NCBI GenBank assembly: GCA_000004985.1
Contig: GG738853.1
Length of the DNA: 64,000 nucleotides
DNA from: Naegleria gruberi
Taxonomy: Eukaryota
Reading direction: 5' to 3' (one strand)
Part shown: one piece after another, positions 30,505 to 40,586 of the stretch
How positions within the stretch are numbered: position 1 is the stretch's first letter
Layout of the letters: each line of letters opens with the position of its first letter
Notes under the pieces: model-generated
Told to the model about the DNA's origin: nothing
The model's database searches: none
The model's input: the letters and a program-made list of their open reading frames with translations, nothing else
Position numbers and translations under genes: made by a program

Positions 30505-30682
30505 TTTGGAATAGAATATGGATTTAGTATGAATGAGATATTCCAATAAAAAAGTATTTCATTGATTTCAATTGTAGTATGCTTTGTGCTTTGAGAATTT
30601 TCACTTATACTAACTCGAATTCCATCTTTAAATATTTAAATATTAATATTGTTGAATATTTAAAAAGTTTTACAAAAAAAAA

Positions 30683-32311
30683 ATGATGAAAAAGGCCATC
30701 AAACAATTTTCCTGTAATATTCATAACAATAACAACAACAAAACTAGAAAGGAAGCACTCTCCATCCTCTCTAGAAAACACAATTATTTAAATAATAATC
30801 AACAAAGAAATACATCTTTCGGACAAGAACAAATTAAATGTTTTTCATCAAGCCTTTTATCTTTAACATCATCTAATAGTAATACAACAACATCAACAAC
30901 AGCAACAACTCAAGCAAGTTCTAAATTTCCAACTCGTCCAGTTCCTGCCGTATCTGTTACTCTATTAAAATTAATAACAAGAGGTTCCGAAGTGGATGGA
31001 TTTAAAGTTTTAATGATTAGGAGAGGAAAGGCTCCTGGAAAGGATTTGTTGGCTCTTCCTGGTGGACATTTAAATCTCGGAGAACGAATGATTGAAGGAG
31101 CAAAGAGAGAATTGCAAGAGGAGACTGGAATTAATGCTGATTTAATTCATTTCACTAATGCTCCACTCTTAACTGTTGAATCAATTTATTATCATCAGGA
31201 GGGAGATGATGGGAATGAGACAACTTCTCACAATGAAGAGGAGGATATTAGAACTATGAAGATTTCAACAAAATCGAATGAAATTAATTTTAGAAAGGAA
31301 CTTGGTGAGGAGTTGACTAGAAGAAAGAGAGAAGGAGATGATTCTATTCAAATTCAATATCATTTCATTATTTCAAGTGTTTTGGGTATTGTTCCACCAG
31401 AATTAAATCATCAAATTGAAGGAGAACCTTCAGATGATGCTTCACAAATTCAATGGATTAAAATTATGAAAAATGGAAAGAGTAGAAATTCTGTGGAATT
31501 GGATGAAGAGGGATGTATTACTACTCACATGAGTGAATGGATGGATGAAAGAAATCATAGAGGATTGTGTGAAAAGTTAAAGACTATTTACACTATGCCA
31601 ATTGTTGTACGTCATGCTATTATGAGACTCATTTCTTGTTATCCAGAAATTCAATCGCAAGCTCTTGTTACACCAACAGATTTATCCCTCTTGTATCAAT
31701 TGAATGACATGATGGTATTCTATCCAATAAGAGATAAGGTTTTGGAATTTTGGTTCCAAGGTGACATGGCTCCTCAACAATGGTGGTTCAAGTCAAGTCC
31801 AACCATTGATCAAGGTATTAAGAAATTATTCGAATCTCATGTTGCTGCTCTTTCCAATAAGCTTGAACTTCTCTTTGAAAAGTCATTCGAAGAAATTGAT
31901 GCAGTTTTGAAGAAGCAATCTAAGGAAACCTTGTTATCTGCCATGATCATGTTGGATCAATTCCCAAGAAATATGTACAGAAATAGTGCAAAGAGTTTTG
32001 CTTTTGATGATGTTGCTGTCAAGCTTTCATTATGGTGTATTGAAAACCAAATTGACCAACAATTTGAATTCCCATTACAAAAGATCTGGTTCTACTTCCC
32101 ATTAGAACACGCTGAAGATGCAGAATTACAAGACATGTCATGCGAACTTTTTGGTAAACTCGTTGAAGAACATGAAGCTATGGCTCTTTTCAATAAGTAT
32201 GCTATTAACCACAGAGAAGTCATTCAAAAGTTTGGAAGATTCCCATATAGAAATAAGGCCTTAGGAAGAGAAAGTACTCCAGAAGAAATTGAATATCTAG
32301 AAAGTCAATAA
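30683..32311 (+). CDS. Fusion protein: N-terminal Nudix hydrolase domain plus C-terminal DUF924-like domain (542 aa)
   Basis: aaaaaaaaaATG start. Nudix box GGHLNLGERMIEGAKRELQEETGI (GX5EX7REUXEEXGU). The C-terminal half (EFWFQGD...WWFKS...MIMLDQFPRNMYRNSAKSFAFD...QKIWFYFPLEHAED...FGRFPYRNKALGRESTPEE) has the W/F-rich signature of bacterial DUF924 proteins. Confidence 0.65.
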   Translation: MMKKAIKQFSCNIHNNNNNKTRKEALSILSRKHNYLNNNQQRNTSFGQEQIKCFSSSLLSLTSSNSNTTTSTTATTQASSKFPTRPVPAVSVTLLKLITRGSEVDGFKVLMIRRGKAPGKDLLALPGGHLNLGERMIEGAKRELQEETGINADLIHFTNAPLLTVESIYYHQEGDDGNETTSHNEEEDIRTMKISTKSNEINFRKELGEELTRRKREGDDSIQIQYHFIISSVLGIVPPELNHQIEGEPSDDASQIQWIKIMKNGKSRNSVELDEEGCITTHMSEWMDERNHRGLCEKLKTIYTMPIVVRHAIMRLISCYPEIQSQALVTPTDLSLLYQLNDMMVFYPIRDKVLEFWFQGDMAPQQWWFKSSPTIDQGIKKLFESHVAALSNKLELLFEKSFEEIDAVLKKQSKETLLSAMIMLDQFPRNMYRNSAKSFAFDDVAVKLSLWCIENQIDQQFEFPLQKIWFYFPLEHAEDAELQDMSCELFGKLVEEHEAMALFNKYAINHREVIQKFGRFPYRNKALGRESTPEEIEYLESQ

Positions 32312-32395
32312 ATTATTATGAAGACATCGACGTGTCAAACACATGATCATTTAATTAATAATAAGATAGTGAACGGATATAAGTCAATAAATTAT

Positions 32396-33408
32396 TTAAT
32401 GATTGGATTGTTTTTCGGTAGAGCCAACATAGGTTTCTGATAATAAAAGGACGCCAATCGCAACCATTCCTGGTAAGTAAACGTTGAACATGCTTCTCTT
32501 TTCAGATTTTTCATCTACTTGGCTATAACTTTCCCATGAATATCTAGTGAAAAAGCTCAAACTTAAAAAGCTAATGTTTAACAACAATACCAACAAGCTA
32601 AAATTTTGTTTTCTGGCAATTATCATTACTTTAGTAATGGAATAAACTGAAACAAGAGCAAGAGCAGCCCCATAAATACATTGTCTTTGTAAATAGTTCA
32701 ATAAATTTTCAATATTCTATTTAATCCTTACCTAAATGTGTGATATCCAAATACAAAGGTATCCAACATGATAGCAACCCCAACCAATACGTATAAATAG
32801 TAGAACGCCGTGGATTTCCAGTCATTCCATCCAACCATTTTGAGTAATATATAAAAAGCAAAGACTGAGAATAATATAAAATTGTAATGGCCAGAAACAG
32901 AATTAGGATGAATATTACAAGTATGATCTCCAATATATAATTTCAAGAATATTACTACAGAATATGAGCAATAATACCATGATGAAAATTGTAAAATTGC
33001 TCTTAAAGTTTCTTTCCAATTTCTGCAATGAGTAGAAGGAGAGTATTGTTTCTTATATGAATAAATTAAAGTTATAACTATTCCGAATAATGTTAATACT
33101 AAGAAGGAAGGAAATAAAAAGGTCTTTTTCAAATAAATTGCATTTGAAACTACTTGTTCTTTTTTCTCAAATCTATCCACTAAACAAACATCCACATAAT
33201 CATTATTATATTCAACCATGGATAACAATCTGCAAATTATTGTTAAACTCAAAATCCATTTTCAAAACACAACATACAAACTAGATATAATTAAAAGTCC
33301 ACTCAGAACTGTCAATACGTAATCAACCATATTTGCAATGTTTTCTTGATGTTGTAATGTAGGAGATGAAGAAGAAACGTCAATATTTACTCTATCAGTA
33401 GAACTCAT
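32396..33408 (-). CDS. Three-exon multi-pass membrane protein (about 310 aa), possibly PAP2-like (contains SGH and GYHT elements)
   Basis: Exons (minus strand): 33278..33408, 32732..33229, 32396..32684. Introns are GTATGT..AG and GTAAGG..AG with consistent phases. About 8 hydrophobic helices. DHTCNIHPNSVSGHYNF and FGYHTFRQ are reminiscent of the PAP2/SMS catalytic motifs, but the match is weak. Confidence 0.45.
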
Positions 33409-33936
33409 CCAAGAAGCAGGTGTATTTGCTATTTATCATCACCCAATGAATTATCATACGATAATAATAACATTTAAATTATTAATTATTGAAAAATTCA
33501 TCATCACACCATTCCGGAATATGTTGTTATCCAAATAATAATAATAATAACATCATCATCCACACATCATCATCAAACCAGCAAACTTACGCGCCAAATT
33601 ACGAAGTATTTTACTCTTCCGAAAATTCATTCAATTTCCACGTTATCACGTTGTGCTATTTTTTTTGAGATTTAAGAAAGGAAATTTTGTAAAAATAATT
33701 GTTATCGACATCCTTTTTAAAATAGATAACAATAAACTTTGAACAAATCAATGAAATTATTAATTTGAAATTTAAGAATTTTTTCATTCCGTACCTTTGA
33801 GGTATTATCATTAATCTAATTGGAACTTGGAACATGAATCATATCAATTATTTATACTCAACTTAAGGGCGATACAATAGTTAGTAAATAATGATTATTA
33901 TTTATTGATCAATTCTCACATAACGTGCTAGATGAT

Positions 33937-34875
33937 TTACAACTTCTTGCATGTCTTTCTCTTGATACAAATCTTCTTCAAGATTGACTTGCAACACTTC
34001 TTCTTTCCACCAACCAATTTGAATTTCTTACAAATCTTCTTTCCCTTAGAACGTTTCAAACACTTCTTATAATACTTCTTCTTGATACATCTTGGTGGAA
34101 TTGTAATTGACTTGGCACAATACTTCTTCTTATTATATTTGACACATTTGGAGAGAGTCTTCTTGTGCTTACAGAACTTGATGGTCTTATGCTTGGCACA
34201 GAAGAATTTCTTCTTAATGAGACAACACTTCTTGAAAGATTTTCTTTCCTTACAGTATTTAACCTTCTTATACTTGGCACATTTCTTAGCCCAGGAGACA
34301 ATCTTGCACTTTTTAACATATCTACATTTGGCGACCTTCTTATTGTAAGAATCAACAGTGTACTTGTCGCAGACCTTCTTCTTTTCACACTTCTTGATTG
34401 GAACCTTCTTGAATTTCTTGCAGACCTTCTTAACACCCTTCTTGACGCACTTGTTGACAATCTTGTGCTTGGCACAGAATTTCTTGAAACCCTTCTTGAC
34501 GCAAATCTTCTTAGTTCCATAAGAATCACAAACTTTCCAGTGCTTCTTCTTGGCACATCCAACAGTCTTGTATGCATGCAAGACACACTTCTTTGTTGCC
34601 TTACTATACTTGTCACACTTGGAATATTTCTTATGTTTGAGACATTTACCAGCACCGACAATGGCATATTGATCACAGACCTTCTTTTGACCAACGAGTT
34701 TGTGTTTCAAACACTTCTTAATCCACTTGTGCTTTAAACATTTTCTCTTGCAAACCTTTGGCTTGTGATACTTGTCAACTACTGGAGGTTTGGTTTGATA
34801 GCTGTCGCTTGCTTGAACTGAAAGGATTGCAATCAACAATAGAATTGCAATTGAAACGATTATATTTGTTTTCAT
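33937..34875 (-). CDS. Secreted, extremely Lys/Cys-rich quasi-repetitive protein (312 aa)
   Basis: Signal peptide MKTNIIVSIAILLLIAILSVQA. The mature region is dominated by K-K-C / C-x-K-H-K / K-K-V-C units. It has about 32 Cys (an even number) and about one third Lys. The codon periodicity makes the opposite strand and other frames open as well. Confidence 0.6.
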   Translation of the reverse strand: MKTNIIVSIAILLLIAILSVQASDSYQTKPPVVDKYHKPKVCKRKCLKHKWIKKCLKHKLVGQKKVCDQYAIVGAGKCLKHKKYSKCDKYSKATKKCVLHAYKTVGCAKKKHWKVCDSYGTKKICVKKGFKKFCAKHKIVNKCVKKGVKKVCKKFKKVPIKKCEKKKVCDKYTVDSYNKKVAKCRYVKKCKIVSWAKKCAKYKKVKYCKERKSFKKCCLIKKKFFCAKHKTIKFCKHKKTLSKCVKYNKKKYCAKSITIPPRCIKKKYYKKCLKRSKGKKICKKFKLVGGKKKCCKSILKKICIKRKTCKKL

Positions 34876-35136
34876 TTTTTCTGTTTTGTTGATCTTGTAG
34901 TTTCAGAAAACTGAAGACAATTTAAACCTTTCGAATACCATTTCATTAGGGATAAAACTCAAAATTAGAAACTTGTAAGGTTCCAAATATGGAAAGAAAT
35001 TTGATTCATAATTTGATAAAATTTGATCCCTCCATTCGCTGAATGAACCAAAGTTTACAATAATAAAGTGTTTTCTTGTAATAAACGTATTGTAAACTAT
35101 TAAAGTTCCTTGAGACATAACTCTCAGTTGAAAGTA

Positions 35137-36627
35137 TTAATATTTCAATTTTGTGATATGTTTCGTATTTAAGAGAGCATCTTTCCCTTCCTTATCCATG
35201 TATTCCGAGAAAATCCTAAGTTTTTTCAAGTTTTTCATTTTAGTGATTGCAATTATTCCTTCATCACCAAATTTGTTCTCATCAACTTGTAGTATAGTTA
35301 ATTGCATCATTTCACTAATGTACTTTGCACCTTCATTACCAAACTCATTGTTACGTGCATTTAGATCAGTCAATTTTTTCAACATACTAATCGATCTAAT
35401 ACCACGATCTCCAATGCTGTTGAACCCAACATCAAGTTTTGTTAAGTGTTCCATTCTGCTTAGTAATTCAGCTCCATTATCATTAATTTGATTTTCTGAA
35501 ATATCGAGCATTGTTAAATGTTTCAATTTACTTATAAACTCAAAGCCATCATTTCCAAGACCTACAACTCCAAATTCTAACTTTTTCAAATGGTCCATTT
35601 TACCAATCATTGAAAAACTCTCGATATTCAAATCATTTCCACCAATATTTAGTTTTGATAATTTTTTCATGTTGTAAATATCTTTCGCCACCTCCTCATC
35701 AACATCATTATAGCTAACATTTAAATAAATCAATTGTTGCAGGTCGCTTAAGTGTTTCACTCCTACATTAGATAAATAATTTACGGAAATATCAAGTTTG
35801 GTCAGTTGTTTCAATTGACCAATAGATTTAGCGCCTTCATCATCAATATTGTTTCCGCTTATATCAAGTTTAGTTAATTGCTTCAAATCTTCAATTTGGT
35901 TTGATGATGATTTTTCTAATTTGTTGTACTGCACTTTGAGTATTATTAATTGTTTCATCTCACATATAAATTTGAACCCTTTTGAACGAATAGAGTTGTG
36001 AGAAATATCGAGATTAGTCAATTGGCCCAATTTGCTAATAATTTTTGATCCTTCCTCACCCATTCGACAATATCTAACATCTAGTTCAGTCAATTGCTTT
36101 AATAAACCAATCGCCTCAACTCCTTTCATTATTGGGTTGTCACTAATATTGAGAATAGTTAATTGTTTAAATTTACCAATTGGTTCAATATCATTAAAAG
36201 TGTGTTTGCTCAATTTTAATTCAGTTAATTTTGGCATCAATCCCACTAACTTCCAAAATTCATCTATGTTTGAAATGTTCTTAAAGCTAACACTTCCAAT
36301 ACATGCAAGAAATTGATTTGTCATTATTTGTTCCAAATCTATTTCTTTTTTAAATTTGAGAGACAATTTTGAATATCTCATCACAACATTAAACCACTGT
36401 TTTGAAATTAGACAACAAGTCTTGAGAATGAAAACAACATCAATAAAAGATAATATTTCATAACAAATATCATCAATAAATAATTCTTGGTTGTCATCTA
36501 CACATATTTCCAATTACATATAATAGGAGTGGTGGATTTATTACTAACCTCTTCTTGATGTCGTCCTTTTCGAAAAGGGATGATAATCTGTCACATGATC
36601 CGAATCGTCCAATAATCGTTTGCTCAT
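35137..36627 (-). CDS. F-box-like / leucine-rich-repeat (RNI-type LRR) protein; 2 exons
   Basis: Exons (minus strand): 36549..36627 (MSKRLLDDSDHVTDYHPFSKRTTSRR, start in A-run) and 35137..36497, joined by a GTTAGT...TGTGTAG intron with matching phase. F-box-like ICYEILSFIDVVFILKTCCLISKQWFNVV. About 14 repeats of the form L.QLT.LDIS.N.I...G. Confidence 0.65.
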
Positions 36628-36850
36628 TTTTTTTAGATTTTTATTTAATCCTTCGAAGTTATTTTTTCAAAACATATAATTAAGGAAATATTGTAATATT
36701 GAGCCAACCACCTAGTGTACTAGTAAAAACAACCTCGATCAATAAATTGATTATTTCAAACTACTCTAACCTTCAATACTTGTTTGCCTTCTCTCTTATT
36801 TATTTACAAATATAGCAATTAATTATTATTAATACAACAATTTAAAAAAA

Positions 36851-39035
36851 ATGAAAAACCTTAAAACCATCACCAGTACTTCGCTCACTTTTTCGTCATC
36901 ACTCTTGCAGAAGAAGCAACAGCAGCAAATGAATATCATGATTGGCTTGCAAAACAACCTCGGAACGAAGGTTACACTGCTCAAAACCAAATACTGTTGT
37001 TCCCTCCACACAGCTAGATTTGGAGCATTGAACGATAGCATCAATGCTGCTATTGCTGCTACTGAGCAAGATAATTTCAATCACAAGACACAATCATCTT
37101 TAATTTTCCATCAACAGGCTTATCATCATTCTCCGAAGAATTTTCCTACAGAAAAAAAATTCTCAAACTCTAATCGTCGTTATCATCGAGGACAAGTTGC
37201 CTTTGGATTGGATAATAGTAGTAGTGTAAATACCAAATATAATATTGGATTGATAAGTAATAGTAGTGGAGCATTTGTTAGTAGAAATTATTCAAAAATG
37301 ATGGGAGAGAAGAGAAAAGTTGTCGGAGCTATTGATCAGGGAACTACTTCGACGAGATTTATGTTGTTCGATGCTAGTGATATGAAGGAAGTGGCCTCTT
37401 ATCAAATTTTACATGAAAATCATTTTCCTAAACCTGGATGGGTTGAACAGTAAGTTGTTGTGGAATGAATTTTTATTTGAAATGGTATAGAGATCCTATT
37501 GAAATTTATACAAATACACTTGAGTGCATGACTAATGCATGTGAAAAATTAGAAGGAGAGGATTATGAAATTATTGGTATTGGTGTGACTAATCAGAGAG
37601 AAACAACAGTGTTGTGGGATTCAGAAACTGGAAAACCACTTTGTAAATCAATTGGTATGTTTTATATTCTATAGAAATGATTAATGAAAATAGTTTGGAA
37701 CGATACAAGAACAAGAGATTTGGTCGATTCCATTTGTAAATCAAAAGCTGGAGGTGACTACTCCAAATTTAGAGAAGTTTGTGGTCTTCCACTTTCCACA
37801 TATTTCAGTGCAGTTAAACTGAGATGGATGATTGACCATTATGATGAGGTAAAAAAAGCAGTCGATAAAGGAACTTGTATGTTTGGAACTGTTGACAGTT
37901 GGTTGATTTGGGTATGTACTAATATTGGAATTTAATTTTGTAAACTTCATTTCAGAATTTAACAGGTGGCCTGAAGGGTGGTATTCACATTACAGATGTT
38001 ACCAATGCCAGTAGAACCATGTTAATGAACTTGAAGACACTTAAATGGGATGATGATATGCTCAATCTCTTTGAAATTCCATCAGGTGTTAAACTTCCAA
38101 CCATCAAGAGTAGTGCTGAAGTTTATTCAAGTATTTCTAAGGAAGTTGTACAAAATCACCCTCTTTTAAGTGGAGTAGCCATTTCTGGAGTAAGTACTCT
38201 AATATTCAAAGTATAATAATATTTATTTCATCATATTCATAATATACAGTGTATAGGAGATCAACAAAGTGCCACTATTGGCCAAAAGTGTTTTAAAATT
38301 GGAGATACAAAGAATACATATGGAACAGGATGTTTCTTACTTATGAATTGCGGACATGAAATTGTTAAATCCAATCACGGATTATTATCAACAGTTCAAT
38401 ATCAACTAGGACCAAATGCTGCTCCAGTCTATGCCTTGGAAGGTTCTGTTGCAGTTTGTGGATCTGGTATTTCATGGTTGGAACATAATTTAAAACTCAT
38501 AGAAAATCCAGCAGAATCTGAAACACTTGCCAGAACAGTTGAAGATACTGGAGGTGTAGTTTTTGTTCCTGCCTTCTCTGGATTATATTGTCCATATTGG
38601 AGATCTGATGCACGTGGTACTATTGTTGGTATTACTCACTATACAAACTCTGCCCACATTGTTAGAGCCATGTTAGAAGCTGTATGTTTCCAAACACAAG
38701 AAGTACTTGAATCCATGGTGAAAGATAGTGGACTTGCTGTTACAAACTTGATGGTTGATGGTGGTATGACCAAGAATCAATTATTAATGCAACTTCAATC
38801 TGATATCAGTAGAAAGAAAGTTAAAGTTCCATCCTATCCTGAAACAACAGTATTAGGAGCTGCAATTTGTGCTGCATTTGGCGTTGGACATTTCAAGGAA
38901 ATCAAGGATATTCCACCATCTCCAAAAGATAAGATGTTAATATTCACTCCTCACATCTCTGAGCAAGAAACTGAACTCAAAATGAAGAGATGGAAGAAGG
39001 CCATTGAAAAGTCATTAAATTGGCATGAAGAATAA
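36851..39035 (+). CDS. Glycerol kinase; 5 exons, with an N-terminal low-complexity extension
   Basis: Exons 36851..37449, 37491..37654, 37694..37911, 37956..38189, 38250..39035. All introns are GTAAGT/GTATGT..AG with consistent phases. Conserved FGGY motifs: [87 protein letters not shown] and [19 protein letters not shown]. Confidence 0.9.
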
Positions 39036-39557
39036 AGGATAGATGTTCTATAAGAAAGATCTTGGAAGAAAAAAGAGTTGATGGTTCTTTATTGTGTCAT
39101 TTTCAAGGCGCGATGATTGTTCAAGATGTAGTATATCCTTCTGCAAGGAACAGAGTTGATTCGATGATAACAGTCGTCGTGGGTACCACACTATTCGTTT
39201 GCGATCCGATTGTTGTAGTGGCCACAGTGATAGTAGTGGTAGAGAACATTTTGATAATAGATTGATATTCTTCAGTTTTTTTAATTTTGTTTTTTAATGA
39301 TAGTCGGAAAGTCAATACTCAAGCTTGAAAATACGTGAACAGCCAAACTATTCAGACATTTGGCAGGTAAACCAGTCAGGACATTTTTTAAAACTATTTT
39401 TAAACGTGATTTCAAAAAAACTAGTCGTTACGAAATAAATTAAAAAAAAAGCAAAAACACTTTAAGCTTTGCCAGCGAAAGATGAATATGAGCTTGAGAA
39501 TTTATTCATCATCAATAAACAAGTAAATTATCGTCCATCAATAATCTACTCGCAGTA

Positions 39558-40309
39558 TCAATACTTGGAGGCGCTCGATGGTTCATTACCTCCATCAAAC
39601 TTGTTGCCAAAATCGCTTTCTGTCATTGGTGTAGCAAATTTTATACTTTCTACCTTTTGAATCGCAACGTGGTGGTCATTGCCTTTAACAGAAAAACACC
39701 ACAAACCATCAACAACAATGGTGTGAGTAGTATCATCTTCTTCAACTACTACTACTACACTATTATTTGGTGTAAAATTTTGATTGTTTGTTGAGTGGGT
39801 GTTCATATTCAAGCAAAGTGGTGTGTTATTTGGTTTTTTTGGATGACGATTTTCACACACAGCACCAAGCAAACTATTCTCATTTGCCTTGCTGTGCTTG
39901 TGGTGTGGGAAATGAACCTCAAGGGTTTCGTATTGCAAGGATTACTATTGCATTGTGTCGCTTTCAAGTGCTTTTTAGTGTTGGAGGTCGATTTCTTTGG
40001 CGAAAGGCCTTTTCATTTTACCATTCTGATTCAGTGCGTCAATCAATGAGGATGAATTCAATACCTTATGAAATATTTGAAAGAAATTGCAGAGAATGAG
40101 TGGGAATAGTTCAGATTTTGAAGAAATATTGTTGGATGGTCATTTGTAAATATTCCATTTTTGAAACTTTTGCAATCTGAATATATCAAAAAAGAAGGTT
40201 GTTTAAAATTGGTTTTTGTGAACACTATAAAAATGAGAAAGTAGACGAAAAGTTTCCAAAGTTCGAGATCTCGGGAGATAAAAGTATTTTTGATTAATCC
40301 AATATGCAT
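39558..40309 (-). CDS. Possible minus-strand gene, unresolved exon structure (ORFs 40058..40309 and 39558..39938)
   Basis: Two open minus-strand ORFs without recognisable domains. Possible GT...AG introns between and within them. Unusual Thr/Val/His-rich stretches. Not confidently coding. Confidence 0.2.
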
Positions 40310-40421
40310 TATTTCACATCTTCTAGCCAGTACAATTACGTCGATCTATTTGTCAATCTTCAAATTGAAAACTGAAGATGCCAACAATAAACATCATATT
40401 GTGAATAAAATCAAAAGGAAT

Positions 40422-40494
40422 CGCCCACCGTGGGGGTCGAACCCACGACCACAAGGTTAAGAGCCTTGCGCTCTACCGACTGAGCTAGACGGGC
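40422..40494 (-). tRNA. tRNA-Lys (anticodon CUU), 73 nt
   Basis: Minus-strand sequence GCCCGTCTAGCTCAGTCGGTAGAGCGCAAGGCTCTTAACCTTGTGGTCGTGGGTTCGACCCCCACGGTGGGCG. It folds as a cloverleaf: D-arm GCTCAGTCGGTAGAGC, anticodon loop CT-CTT-AA, T-arm GTGGGTTCGACCCCCAC. A T-run follows the 3' end. Confidence 0.9.
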
Positions 40495-40586
40495 AGATAT
40501 TAAGGATTTTATGTCACACTAATCATTTTTCCCTTACAGATAATCTACCATTTCTTAATTATATAAATGAGGGAAAATATGTTTAT

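Noticed and set aside
34056-34737. Long antisense (34056..34694, minus) and alternative-frame (34165..34737 and 34082..34348, plus) ORFs overlapping the K/C-rich gene
   Set aside because: These are by-products of the repetitive AAG/AAA/TGC/TTC codon periodicity. Only the 33937..34875 minus frame has a signal peptide and an ATG in an A-rich context.
39062-39315. Overlapping ORFs 39062..39265 (plus) and 39121..39315 (minus) in a GC-richer patch
   Set aside because: Neither has a start context or a recognisable fold. They are folded into the unresolved-region finding rather than called as genes.
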